Part shown: piece after piece, positions 54,759 to 64,000 of the stretch | How positions within the stretch are numbered: position 1 is the stretch's first letter | Layout of the letters: each line of letters begins with the position of its first letter | Source of the DNA: Candidatus Omnitrophota bacterium | GTDB lineage: Bacteria > Omnitrophota > Gorgyraeia > 1-14-0-20-64-10 | NCBI GenBank assembly: GCA_023248155.1 | Contig: JAHFFE010000007.1 | Span: 4,401 to 68,400, forward strand | Reading direction: 5' to 3' | Length of the DNA stretch: 64,000 bases | Program-made: the position numbers and the translations under genes | The notes under the pieces: generated by a model | What the model saw: only the letters and a program-made list of their open reading frames with translations | Databases searched by the model: none | Told to the model about the DNA's origin: nothing

Positions 54759-56239
54759 GCGAGGTCACGATGGAAAAAAAGCATTCGCCGGGCCGGATCC
54801 TTGAACCGTTGCTGAAGGATCTCGGTCAGGACGGCCGGCGTGCGTTCCAGCTTCCTAAAACCGATCTGCCGGCTGTTGCCCCGGAGACGCAAATTCCGTC
54901 GGACTGGGTGCGCAGCAAACCGGCCGCGCTGCCGGAGCTCAGCGAGCGCGACCTGGTCAAACATTTCATGCGGCTGGCCCATTTGAATTTCTCGGTCGAG
55001 ACTAATTTTTATCCGCTCGGTTCCTGCACGATGAAATACAATCCGCGCGTTCATGAAGAGATCGCTGGTCTCTCCGGTTTCGCGCAGCTGCATCCGTACG
55101 CGCCCGATTCTCTGTCGCAAGGCACGCTGCAACTGTTGTTTGAACTGGAACGGATGCTTGCGGAAGTTCTCGGCATGGATGCCGTCACATTGCAGCCGGC
55201 CGCCGGCGCGCACGGCGAATTCACGGCGCTGTTAATGGCGCGCGCCTATCATGAGGCGCAGGGCCGTCCGCGCAAAAAAGTAGTGGTGACCGATTCATCG
55301 CACGGAACCAACCCGGCCAGCGCCGCTCTCTGCGGGTTTGATGTCGTCGAAGTGAAATCGAACGCGCGCGGCCGCGTTTCGCTGGAGTCGCTCGCGTCGG
55401 TCGTCGATCACGACACCGCGGTTTTTATGATGACCAACCCGAACACGCTCGGCTTGTTCGAAGAAGAAGTGATGAAAGTGACACAGCTCGTTCATGACAA
55501 AGGCGGACTGGTTTACATGGACGGCGCGAATATGAACGCGTTGCTGGGGCAGGTGCGCCCCGGCGATATGGGTTTCGACATGGTCCATGTGAATATCCAT
55601 AAAACATTTTCGATTCCGCATGGCAGCGGCGGCCCCGGCGGCGGGCCCGTCGGCGTGAAGGCCCATTTGAAGCCGTTCCTGCCAGCGCCGATGGTGGCCT
55701 CCGGCTCGGCTGGTTACCGCCTGGAATCGCCGGGTCCGCAGTCGATCGGCCGCGTCCGCTCGTTCTTCGGGAATGTCGGCGCGCTGGTACGCGCTTACGC
55801 CTACATTCGCAGTCTCGGAACCGACGGCTTGAAACAGGTTTCAGAAGGCGCGATCTTAAACGCCAACTACCTGAAGGAACTTTTGCGCGGCATCTACCCG
55901 ATTGCCGTCGATGAATCGTGCATGCATGAATTCATTGCCTCAGCCAAAGAAATGAAAGCCAGCCAGGGGATCAAGGCGATGGATATCGCCAAGCGCCTGC
56001 TTGATTACGGTTTTTACGCGCCGACAATCTGCTTCCCGCTGATCGTCGAAGAAGCGCTGATGATCGAGCCGTCCGAAACCGAATCGCGGCAGACGCTCGA
56101 ATCATTTGCCGACGCGCTGGCCAAGATCAAGCACGAATCGGAAGAAACGCCAGAGCGGCTTCGCACGGCGCCGCACCGGATGCCGGTTTCCCGCCTCGAC
56201 GAAGTTCAAGCCGCGCGCGAGCCAAATCTGCGTTGGTAG
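54755..56239 (+). CDS. gcvPB: Glycine dehydrogenase subunit 2
   Basis: PLGSCTMKYNP, HGTNPASA, NIHKTF..PHG.GGPG. Confidence 0.95.
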   Translation: MSEVTMEKKHSPGRILEPLLKDLGQDGRRAFQLPKTDLPAVAPETQIPSDWVRSKPAALPELSERDLVKHFMRLAHLNFSVETNFYPLGSCTMKYNPRVHEEIAGLSGFAQLHPYAPDSLSQGTLQLLFELERMLAEVLGMDAVTLQPAAGAHGEFTALLMARAYHEAQGRPRKKVVVTDSSHGTNPASAALCGFDVVEVKSNARGRVSLESLASVVDHDTAVFMMTNPNTLGLFEEEVMKVTQLVHDKGGLVYMDGANMNALLGQVRPGDMGFDMVHVNIHKTFSIPHGSGGPGGGPVGVKAHLKPFLPAPMVASGSAGYRLESPGPQSIGRVRSFFGNVGALVRAYAYIRSLGTDGLKQVSEGAILNANYLKELLRGIYPIAVDESCMHEFIASAKEMKASQGIKAMDIAKRLLDYGFYAPTICFPLIVEEALMIEPSETESRQTLESFADALAKIKHESEETPERLRTAPHRMPVSRLDEVQAAREPNLRW

Positions 56240-56772
56240 GTTTTTGCGTTTGGTTCACGGGACTGCCTGCTTCCGGAAAGACGACTCACGCCCAGTTGCT
56301 TGCTCAATCCCTCAAGCGCCAATCCTGCCCAGTTGAACTATTCGATGGGGACCGTCTCCGTCAGGAGATTTCCCGCGGGTTAGGTTTCAGCAAGCAGGAC
56401 AGGGATCTCCATGTTCAACGGGTAGGGGAACTCGCGTTAGAGCGCGTGCGGGCCGGACAGGTGGCCGTCTGCGCGTTGGTGAGCCCCTACCGGGTGGCGC
56501 GCGATCACTGCCGCGCGATGATAGGAACCGACCGGTTTATTGAAGTTTTTGTGCAGGCTCCTTTATCGGAGTGTGAGCGCAGAGATCCTAAGGGATTGTA
56601 CGCAAAAGCCCGCTCAGGGAAATTGCCCGGCTTCACCGGTATCAGTGATCCGTATGAACCGCCGTTGGCCCCCGACCTCGTTTTAGATACAGCGGTTTGT
56701 TCCATACAGGAAAATGTTCAACGGCTGGACTCTTATCTGACGCATCAGGGATTTCTGCCATGGCCCCACTAG
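56233..56772 (+). CDS. cysC: Adenylyl-sulfate kinase
   Basis: WFTGLPASGKTT, DGD, SPY, RDPKGLY, FTGISDPYE. Confidence 0.92.
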   Translation: MVGFCVWFTGLPASGKTTHAQLLAQSLKRQSCPVELFDGDRLRQEISRGLGFSKQDRDLHVQRVGELALERVRAGQVAVCALVSPYRVARDHCRAMIGTDRFIEVFVQAPLSECERRDPKGLYAKARSGKLPGFTGISDPYEPPLAPDLVLDTAVCSIQENVQRLDSYLTHQGFLPWPH

Positions 56773-57377
56773 ATAAAGAAATGTGCAATCTGCGTTTCAT
56801 TAGTGATCCCCGGATGGACCCGGCGGAAAATATGAAGAAAGACCTCGAAATCGCGCAGGACGTTTGCGCGGGACAGGCGCCGGTTACATTGCGTTTATAC
56901 GGTTGGGACCGTCCGGCTCTTTCCCTGGGGCGCCGGCAGAAACTGGAACAACTGCCTGCTGATCAGATTGGGTCAGGCCGCGTGATTGTGGAGCGTCCTA
57001 CGGGCGGGGGAGCGGTACTGCACGATGCCGATGAATTCACCTACGCGTTAGCGCTTCCGCGCACTGCGTTTCAGAACCGGATGAAGCCCTCCGATATTCC
57101 CGCCTGGATCCATCAATCACTCAAAGAACAACTGCAGAAACAAGTCTCTCTGCCGGATCTGCAATGCGCGCCGGCTCGGCCGGCTTCTTCAGAGTTTTGT
57201 TTTCAGTCGCCTGTTCTGGGTGATCTTTTGATCGGCAATCGAAAAGTGGCCGGTTCAGCGATGCGCGTCTGGCGCGGCGGGCTGTTGATCCAGGGATCTA
57301 TTCAGGGTCTGCCTGTGGCGCGCGAGGTGCTTCGGGAATCACTGAATGCGGTTATTGAGCGTTTTTTGATTCTTTAA
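56760..57377 (+). CDS. Lipoate-protein ligase/octanoyltransferase (LplA/LipM family)
   Basis: NM..D, LRLY.W, RPTGGGAVLH, KVAGSA. Confidence 0.85.
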   Translation: MAPLDKEMCNLRFISDPRMDPAENMKKDLEIAQDVCAGQAPVTLRLYGWDRPALSLGRRQKLEQLPADQIGSGRVIVERPTGGGAVLHDADEFTYALALPRTAFQNRMKPSDIPAWIHQSLKEQLQKQVSLPDLQCAPARPASSEFCFQSPVLGDLLIGNRKVAGSAMRVWRGGLLIQGSIQGLPVAREVLRESLNAVIERFLIL

Positions 57378-57390
57378 ATGGAGATCTAGA

Positions 57391-58101
57391 TTGCAATACT
57401 CCGTTGTTATTCCAGTGCACAATGAACGTGAATCGATCCGCATTTTGCATGAAGAGTTAGAGGAAGTCCTGAGATTTCTTGGCCGGACTTACGAAATTAT
57501 TTTCGTGGACGACGGGTCAGCGGATGGAACGACAGAAGTTCTGCGATCTTTGTGTTCCAGTCATCCGGAACTGCTCGCGGTCTATTTTCCGAATCGGCGC
57601 GGGCAGTCTGCGGCTTTTGAGACAGGATTTGCGCTTTCCTCAGGGGATGTGGTCATTACTCTGGATGCGGACCTTCAAAACAACCCGCGGGATATCCCCC
57701 GTTTGTTGGAAAAACTGGAAGAAGGCTACGATGTGGTCTGCGGATGGAGAACGCACCGTTGCGACCCCTGGCATCGCAGGTGGAGTTCTGGGGCTGCCAA
57801 CTTTATGCGCCGTAGATTTTTAGGCGAGAAAATACATGATGTCGGGTGCTCTTTAAGGGTTTACCGAAAACAAGTGCTCCGGAAATTGAGTTTGGGCGCG
57901 TATGGTCATCGTTTTATAACCGCTTTGCTCTTGAGATCAGGTTTGAAGGTTTGTGAGGTTTCGGTCCGGCATCACCCTCGCCGGTTTGGCCGTTCAAAAT
58001 ATAACTTAAGAAACCGGTTTTATGAAAGCACAGCGGGATTTGTTCGTCTTCTTCTCAGTCGATCGCCGGATCTATTTGATCAAAAGCAGTGTTCCTCCTG
58101 A
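57391..58101 (+). CDS. GT2 glycosyltransferase (polyprenol-phosphate, ArnC/DPM-like)
   Basis: SVVIPVHNE, VDDGS, DADLQN, GRSKY. Confidence 0.9.
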   Translation: MQYSVVIPVHNERESIRILHEELEEVLRFLGRTYEIIFVDDGSADGTTEVLRSLCSSHPELLAVYFPNRRGQSAAFETGFALSSGDVVITLDADLQNNPRDIPRLLEKLEEGYDVVCGWRTHRCDPWHRRWSSGAANFMRRRFLGEKIHDVGCSLRVYRKQVLRKLSLGAYGHRFITALLLRSGLKVCEVSVRHHPRRFGRSKYNLRNRFYESTAGFVRLLLSRSPDLFDQKQCSS

Positions 58102-59534
58102 ATTCCATTTTAAGCCGTCCTATTCTCGGCCGGCCAAGCGCGGCCAGAATCCGCGCAATTCTCTTTCTTGTTGTAGTCATGGGCCTGGCGTTTCGTATCT
58201 TTGGTTTATCGTTGGAATCTTTCTGGCGCGATGAGATACGGACCGTTACGGTGTCGAGCTGGCCGATCCCACAGCTGATTTTCGACCGGCTTCACCGCGG
58301 ACATAGTCCCGTTTATTTTCTTCTCATGCACGGCTGGTTGCGGCTTGTCCCTCTCACGGAGTTTTGGATACGGTTTCCGTCCGCGGTTATGGGGGCCGCG
58401 AGCATTCCATTGATGTTTTTTGTTGGCAGGTCATTGCTGGGAACTCGAGCAGCTCTTGTTGCCGCTCTTTTTTTCTCTCTCAATACTTTTCAAATCGAAT
58501 ATGCGCAGGAAGCCCGGATGTACAGCGCTGTGGTTTTCTTCGGACTCTTATCTACGAGTTGTCTTCTGAATGTCCTCAAATTCCGAACGAGATACGGGTG
58601 GAACGCGTACGGAATTGCCTCCTTGGTAGGGCTTTCGTTGAGCGCGTCTTATTTCTTTGTATTGATTGGACAGGTTTTCTTGGGGCAGGCGCGTCTTGCG
58701 GTTGATTCCGTCGATCGGAAACGTTTTTATGGCTGGTTGTTTTCTTTGATCGTTGTTTTTGTCCTTCTCTGGTCAGTGATTTTCTTTCTTTCCCGAGGTT
58801 ACGGCATACTAAGCGTTGCTCCGGCCCATTTTTCTGTTTGGGAGTGGCTCCAGGGAATCTTTCAAAAATTTTGGTCTCTTGAGTACTTGCCAATAGACCT
58901 GAATCTTACGGCATTCGTGATTTTCGGACTTATTCCTGGAATTCTTGGGTACGAGTTGTGGGTTTCAGGTTTATCCCGTGAGCGGATCGCCCTGTTGTTC
59001 TGGTTATTTTTTCCCGTGGTGTTGCTGGCGCTCTTATCGCCGTGCATTCGGCATGATATCCGATACCTATTGTTTCCTGCCTGCGCCTGGCCGCTTCTTT
59101 TGGGAGCTTTTTTTGCTGTTAGGAGACGAAGCGCAATCAGGGTGGGTGTGTTCACGGTGGTTCTTTGCTTGAATTTGTTAAACCTGGCCTACTATTATTT
59201 TCTGCCGCAAAAACCTTCCTGGAGAGAAATCGGATCTTACGCAATGCAGCACGCTCGGGGTAGAGAACCGATGTACGTCTATCCGGAGGACCTGGTTTAT
59301 GACTTGAGCTACTATTATAAAAGCGGCGAGGTCCGACCCCTCCGATTGCAATCCGATTTTACCAATCGAGAGATATTGGATGCCGGCGGCGGGTGGATTG
59401 TTTTGGTTTGGCAGTCGCACGGTTCCGATCCGGGTTTGCGGCGATGGCTGTACTTGATCGAACGCCGTTTCGGCGCTGTGTATCACCGTTCATGGAGAGG
59501 GGCTCAGCTTTATCATTATGAATCCTCGCTCTGA
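58089..59534 (+). CDS. GT-C membrane glycosyltransferase (ArnT/PMT-like)
   Basis: FWRDE, H.P.YF, RFPS, EARMYS; multiple TM helices. Confidence 0.85.
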   Translation: MFLLNSILSRPILGRPSAARIRAILFLVVVMGLAFRIFGLSLESFWRDEIRTVTVSSWPIPQLIFDRLHRGHSPVYFLLMHGWLRLVPLTEFWIRFPSAVMGAASIPLMFFVGRSLLGTRAALVAALFFSLNTFQIEYAQEARMYSAVVFFGLLSTSCLLNVLKFRTRYGWNAYGIASLVGLSLSASYFFVLIGQVFLGQARLAVDSVDRKRFYGWLFSLIVVFVLLWSVIFFLSRGYGILSVAPAHFSVWEWLQGIFQKFWSLEYLPIDLNLTAFVIFGLIPGILGYELWVSGLSRERIALLFWLFFPVVLLALLSPCIRHDIRYLLFPACAWPLLLGAFFAVRRRSAIRVGVFTVVLCLNLLNLAYYYFLPQKPSWREIGSYAMQHARGREPMYVYPEDLVYDLSYYYKSGEVRPLRLQSDFTNREILDAGGGWIVLVWQSHGSDPGLRRWLYLIERRFGAVYHRSWRGAQLYHYESSL

Positions 59535-60249
59535 GCTAAAAAAGCACTACGCTAAAATCGGTGATTCGACAAACGATTTTAGATGCCAGGCCTTGTTTGC
59601 CTGGATATGCCGTCATCTGGAACAATCTCCCGTGTTGGATTTTGGGTGCGGGACGGGCGGATTCCTCCGTTTTCTGAAGAACAAAAAAGGCTGGCTAGGA
59701 GTGGGGCTGGATCCCGACCCCGAGATGGTTCTCCGTGCGAAAGCGTTTGATCCCGCGCTGGATTTTTGTGTAGGCGGGATAGGAACCGCTGCAGCTCTCC
59801 AAGGCGCTTTCGGGACGATTGTCCTTATCGATGTGCTGGAGCATATTTCCGATGATGAGCAGACGCTCGTTCAACTTCAGGATAAACTTCTGCCTGGCGG
59901 GCGGCTGATCGTTGCCGTTCCTGCCTATCCCGGATTGTTCGGTCAAAGGGATTTAGCCATAGGACATTACCGGCGATATCAAAAAGCGGAGCTGGTCAAA
60001 AAAATCGAGAAAGCCGGATATGCCGTTCGACAAATTCGGTATTGGAATATGCTCGGTGTTATTCCTTACGCAGTCAGCCAAAAACTCTTGGGAAAGACCG
60101 AGGGTTGCTCATGGAGGAATGCGGACTCTGGGGGATTGCTGGAAAAAATTATGCGGCAGATTCTTCATGGCTGGTACGTCTGTGTAGAGAACAACATCAG
60201 CGCGGGCTGGGGCCTCACCTTGCTGTGCGTTGCGTCGAAGGTGAGTTAA
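59518..60249 (+). CDS. Class I SAM-dependent methyltransferase
   Basis: VLDFGCGTG, DVLEH, GHYRRY. Confidence 0.9.
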   Translation: MNPRSELKKHYAKIGDSTNDFRCQALFAWICRHLEQSPVLDFGCGTGGFLRFLKNKKGWLGVGLDPDPEMVLRAKAFDPALDFCVGGIGTAAALQGAFGTIVLIDVLEHISDDEQTLVQLQDKLLPGGRLIVAVPAYPGLFGQRDLAIGHYRRYQKAELVKKIEKAGYAVRQIRYWNMLGVIPYAVSQKLLGKTEGCSWRNADSGGLLEKIMRQILHGWYVCVENNISAGWGLTLLCVASKVS

Positions 60250-62207
60250 AACCCCTCTCCGTAAACCTGAGTGAAGTCGGTATTCCGGATGAATGCTTCG
60301 ACTTCTTCGTAATTTTCTATTTGTTCCTGCAGTGGAAGCAAAGATTGTTTCACGAGATTGCTCGATACCCGTCTTTTTGGCAATTCCAGAAAATCAAATA
60401 TTTTAGAGTCAAATGTTTTCTGGGGATCCAGCGAAAACTCCTCATAGGACAACCACAGACATTTTCTTTTTTTATTTAAACATTGAGCCGCGTGGCTAAG
60501 GTCGGCCTTGATCCCATTGTGGTAGGCCAATGCCTGATCAGGAAGTAACTTTATCGCGACGGGGCGGGGTATTTCATCGCAGTCATTACTTTGCAGCCAT
60601 ACTCCCGTTTTAGTCGCTGTGAGATAGGACACGAATTGGTTTAGGGTATTTAGACGATAAAGAACAATCCATTTCACCTCTGGAAATTCGCGGCTAAGTT
60701 CTTGAAAAGATATTTTTAGCCGTCTTAGATGACCGAAGAAAATCTTGAGTCCGCATACAGTTGCGTTACAGTTATTTAAGGTATAGCGCAAGTGACGGAA
60801 AACGTCTTTTTTAGAAGTAAAACATTTGCCCAGGCCGTAGGTTTGAGCGGTGGACAGGACTTCATCTGCGAAAGAGGCTGCAGGATGGGAGTTCAGATAA
60901 TTAATGAGAAGGTTGCTGCCGGTTCTTTCATGGCAAAGAATGAACACCGGTTTTTCGAGTTTCTTTTTTTTGAGGTAATAATGAGCGGCAATTCTTATTC
61001 TAAATAAACTTCGCTTAAGGCCAAGAGGGAGTTTCTTTTTGAGGTCTGCGAAAATTGTCGTAAATTTATTCCCAACAGGTTTTATTAAGTTGAGCCACAG
61101 GTTTTTCCAATGCATTAGGTACATTGCCAAGCCGCTTTTTTTTCCGGCATAGTATGCCGGATTGGGAAGGAAATATCCGGCTGTGTAGCGGATCCGGTCG
61201 ATCGGTGACCGAAGCTGTCTCGATAAATCAGTTTTCGGAACACGTTCTTTTTGATAAATTTCCGAAGTTTTTTCAAATATGAAGAATTGAATCAGCCTCT
61301 CCGTCGTCCGATCGTTTTTGAAAGTGTTTTGAACGTCTTCCAATAGCACTTTGATTTTTTTTCTGGAAGCAGCGGCTGGTTCTGGGAACTGGCTTAAGAT
61401 TTTTTCCACCGCCGTGTTTCCAAGCAGGTTCATGACGAGTGCCAGGTCCAAAAGTTGGATCAGGCTCGGGTTGTACATTTCTGCGGTGTGAAGCGCTAGA
61501 TGGCCGGCTGCGTCCTCGTCCGAGAATACCCGAACATTTTCTCCGAAAGCGGGGTAAGGTTTTGAATTCGCCCACGCTTCTTCGAGATTCATTTCAATTA
61601 CATGGCCGCCGATTGGGTAGTTGAGCCGCCAGTGTAAATCAATGTCCAACCCATCTTTTTCAAACGAAGCGCGGCCGCCGGGATTTTCCTTCAGCAGCTT
61701 ATGGGGGGCAAAGTGTATCTGGTCATGCCACCGATTTTTAGTCGGATATTTCCTTAAACCGAAGCCTTCACCTAGAAGGAGTTGTTCGACGGCGGTTAGA
61801 TCGCTTTCTCGGATTAGGATATCGATGTCAGCCATTTCCCTGAACGACATCTTTTCGTATACGCGCAGGCTCAGGTCGATTCCTTTAAGAGGGATGACCG
61901 GAATATTGTGATGAGAAAGATCCAGGGCGATCTTCTTGAACTGCGACAGCTTGTGATGATTGTGCCATTCGGACTGCATCAGTGTCTTGGTCAATGCTGC
62001 GCACACTTTTGGGTCCATGGAAGAAAACGCCCCGTTCTTCTCCAGCACAAAAGCGACGAATCCAAGTACGCGCTGGTTTCGTCCGATACGGAGCATTTCT
62101 GCCCAATTCAAAACAGAAAGATCCAGAATGTTTGGATCCAGATGTTCTGTTTGAGGTGAGGCGATCCACCGAAGGCATTGAAGGATCAATTTCATTTCAC
62201 TTTCCAT
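60246..62207 (-). CDS. Fusion of NTP_transf_5-like nucleotidyltransferase and Stf0-like sulfotransferase
   Basis: N-half LKG..L...Y..R.M.DIDILI, DLHW, LLDL. C-half PAPS loop HERTGSNLL, R.N.L..FVS, YEE. Confidence 0.8.
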   Translation of the reverse strand: MESEMKLILQCLRWIASPQTEHLDPNILDLSVLNWAEMLRIGRNQRVLGFVAFVLEKNGAFSSMDPKVCAALTKTLMQSEWHNHHKLSQFKKIALDLSHHNIPVIPLKGIDLSLRVYEKMSFREMADIDILIRESDLTAVEQLLLGEGFGLRKYPTKNRWHDQIHFAPHKLLKENPGGRASFEKDGLDIDLHWRLNYPIGGHVIEMNLEEAWANSKPYPAFGENVRVFSDEDAAGHLALHTAEMYNPSLIQLLDLALVMNLLGNTAVEKILSQFPEPAAASRKKIKVLLEDVQNTFKNDRTTERLIQFFIFEKTSEIYQKERVPKTDLSRQLRSPIDRIRYTAGYFLPNPAYYAGKKSGLAMYLMHWKNLWLNLIKPVGNKFTTIFADLKKKLPLGLKRSLFRIRIAAHYYLKKKKLEKPVFILCHERTGSNLLINYLNSHPAASFADEVLSTAQTYGLGKCFTSKKDVFRHLRYTLNNCNATVCGLKIFFGHLRRLKISFQELSREFPEVKWIVLYRLNTLNQFVSYLTATKTGVWLQSNDCDEIPRPVAIKLLPDQALAYHNGIKADLSHAAQCLNKKRKCLWLSYEEFSLDPQKTFDSKIFDFLELPKRRVSSNLVKQSLLPLQEQIENYEEVEAFIRNTDFTQVYGEGF

Positions 62208-62248
62208 AAAAAGCTATTGTACACTATTCCTATTCCCGAAAGGATCGC

Positions 62249-62506
62249 ATGGCTACGGTAGACAAGAAAAAAGTACTTTGGCGGGAGGTGGCCGATCAAA
62301 CGGTCATTCTACGGATGGAGACTGGATTCTCTTATTCACTCGATGGGGCCGCCCGTTTGATCTGGAGCGGAGTGGTGATGGGAAAGAGTTCGGAAGAGAT
62401 TGCCGCGGAATTGTCTCGGGCCTATGCGATTGATGAGCGTACCTCCAAACAAGATGTCCAGGCGTTTTTGGAAGATCTCTGCAAAGAAGGCTTGATTGAT
62501 CCCTAG
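62249..62506 (+). CDS. PqqD/RRE family protein
   Basis: 85 aa; WREV..VIL..YSL...IW...EIA..L...Y...DV..FL..L...GLI. Confidence 0.88.
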   Translation: MATVDKKKVLWREVADQTVILRMETGFSYSLDGAARLIWSGVVMGKSSEEIAAELSRAYAIDERTSKQDVQAFLEDLCKEGLIDP

Positions 62507-62529
62507 TTTCTCCAAAGGAACAAGCATCG

Positions 62530-62853
62530 ATGAAAATGAATAACGCAAAGAAGGGCCCTTTTCTCTGCAGGGCGGAGCACGTGGTTTGGAAGATTATCAA
62601 GGATAAGGTTGTCCTGCTGAATCTCGACAGCGGAGCTTATTTTGAAACGAATGGATTGGGTCTGGATATTTTTAAGCTGTGCGATGGAAAAAAAACTCTT
62701 GAAGAGATCGCTTCCATTGTCAGTTCCAAATTCAAGAAAGGAACGGACCGGGTTTACAAAGAATCTAAAAGTTTTATAGAGGAGCTTGAGAAACAGAACT
62801 TGGTGAAGGCTCTAAAAAAGTCTCTGTCCGTTATTCGCCCGATAAGAAGGTAA
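62530..62853 (+). CDS. PqqD/RRE family protein (second copy)
   Basis: VLLNL.SG.YF..N..G..IF...DG..T..EI...F...L. Confidence 0.85.
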   Translation: MKMNNAKKGPFLCRAEHVVWKIIKDKVVLLNLDSGAYFETNGLGLDIFKLCDGKKTLEEIASIVSSKFKKGTDRVYKESKSFIEELEKQNLVKALKKSLSVIRPIRR

Positions 62854-62938
62854 CTTGGCGCAGGTTGCCGAGGTGTTTTAGTACCGGTTTTTGGTACTTA
62901 GTAGATTTGGTCTTCTTTTGATCCTTCTTTTCACTCAT
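62831..62938 (-). CDS. Lasso-type RiPP leader-containing micropeptide (35 aa)
   Basis: Manual translation MSEKKDQKKTKSTKYQKPVLKHLGNLRQVTFLSGE*; SD GAGGTGG 5 nt upstream; contains YxxPxLxxxGxxxxxT. Confidence 0.8.
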   Translation of the reverse strand: MSEKKDQKKTKSTKYQKPVLKHLGNLRQVTFLSGE

Positions 62939-62971
62939 AGGTTCCACCTCGCTTTAGGATAGAATATAGCA

Positions 62972-63691
62972 GTGAAACGAACGCCCGTCAAGATTTCTGT
63001 CATTATGCCCGCTTACAACGCTGCCCTTACCATCCGTGCGGCTATTCGTTCGGTTCTTCGTCAAAAAGGCCCATCATTTGAATTATTGATAGCCGACGAT
63101 GCTTCCACCGATTCGACTTGGGGCTGTATTCAGAAATTCCGGCAGGATCCAAGAATCCGATCGTTTCGTTTCCGGCGCAATCGAGGAGTAGCCGCGGCCA
63201 GTAATTATCTGATCAGCGAGGCGAGAGGGAAGTATCTCTCGTCCTGCGATGCCGACGATATGCTTCTGCCCGGCAATTTGCGCCGGCTCGCGCATGTTTT
63301 GGACACCAGTCCTTCTTGTGGAGTGGCCTATGCCGACTCGTTGATCGTATCCTCCTCTCGAACACGAAGGATGGTGTCCCGATCTGCCATTGAGACTTTC
63401 TGGGAGCTTCTCGGCGGACGCTTTACCAACGGTGGGACGCTGATCCGACGATCTTTGGTCAAAAGAATAGGCGGCTATCGTACTCAATTTGTTTTTCTTG
63501 AGGACTGCGACCTTTTTGTCCGCTTGTCCGAGATCACGAAGTTTTACTACGTCAAAGGTAAACCGCTGTATTGTCAGAGGAAGACAAAAGGCTCTCTTTC
63601 CGATCAGTCTCAAAGAAAATTGAGACAAGTTTCCCGGATCATTCTTCGTGATGCGCTCAAGAGGCGGTATGGCTACCAAGCACAGTGGTGA
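62972..63691 (+). CDS. GT2 glycosyltransferase
   Basis: SVIMPAYN, DDASTD, DADD, EDCD. Confidence 0.9.
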   Translation: MKRTPVKISVIMPAYNAALTIRAAIRSVLRQKGPSFELLIADDASTDSTWGCIQKFRQDPRIRSFRFRRNRGVAAASNYLISEARGKYLSSCDADDMLLPGNLRRLAHVLDTSPSCGVAYADSLIVSSSRTRRMVSRSAIETFWELLGGRFTNGGTLIRRSLVKRIGGYRTQFVFLEDCDLFVRLSEITKFYYVKGKPLYCQRKTKGSLSDQSQRKLRQVSRIILRDALKRRYGYQAQW

Positions 63692-64000
63692 GTCCGGCGT
63701 ACCGGTTCTTATCTCCGGCTCGGCGGCGAATCAGTTAAATCTGGCTTCGGCTTTTGGTTCTAGCATGAAACCCTTCATTCGCTCCGGCGCCGAACTTGTG
63801 TTGGAGCATGTTTCGCCGGCTCGCATTCGGCCGGGCGATATCATCGCCTATGCCGCTCTCTCAGGGGCATCCGTCACGCACCGCGTTGTCAAAGTGTTCA
63901 TTAAAGAAAAAACACTTCTTTTTCTGACCAAAGGGGACAACAAGTCCATTCCAGACCCGATTGTTCATCAAAAACAAATTCTGGGCAGGGTTGTGAAAAT
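63669..64000 (+). CDS. S24/S26 (signal peptidase I-like) peptidase, runs off the window edge
   Basis: Manual translation from ATG 63669: GSSMKP...GDII...THRVV...TKGDN...ILGRV. Confidence 0.85.
   Translation, partial: MATKHSGESGVPVLISGSAANQLNLASAFGSSMKPFIRSGAELVLEHVSPARIRPGDIIAYAALSGASVTHRVVKVFIKEKTLLFLTKGDNKSIPDPIVHQKQILGRVVK

Noticed and set aside
1-64000. CRISPR array, tRNA/rRNA, transposase, integrase or prophage
   Set aside because: No spaced direct repeats, RNA gene signatures or such protein motifs recognised by eye; not excluded computationally.

Overview
Bacterial window, almost entirely + strand. The centrepiece (3446-35734) is a five-gene operon: a 583-aa 'HIQDAH...VEGG...GGFH' protein followed by four very large proteins (3051, about 1945, 3917 and about 1254 aa). 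Each giant has a signal peptide ending in [YW]ALR, recurring [ASG]G[LQAF]EE motifs mostly at domain boundaries, and (clearly in three) a shared C-terminal domain. Their cargo is normally cytoplasmic sugar/nucleotide-sugar enzymes: GlmS behind a C39 peptidase, a ROK kinase, a UDPGP-family pyrophosphorylase, a UDP-sugar dehydrogenase, two ATP-grasp domains, a galactokinase and hexapeptide beta-helices. This looks like an exported, processed enzyme-polyprotein system and is reminiscent of Ca. Omnitrophota giant proteins (taxonomy is inference). Upstream are a ROK gene and a GH94 phosphorylase. Downstream are an S8 protease, BatD, MotB/OmpA, thrC-moaD-NIL, an ECF-regulated copper/zinc resistance cluster, ccdA/tlpA, glycine cleavage genes, cysC and glycosyltransferases. 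The window ends in a RiPP-like cluster (nucleotidyltransferase-sulfotransferase fusion, two PqqD/RRE proteins, GT2, S26 peptidase) containing an unannotated 35-aa lasso-leader peptide at 62831-62938 (-). All domain calls come from motif recognition by eye, not database searches.
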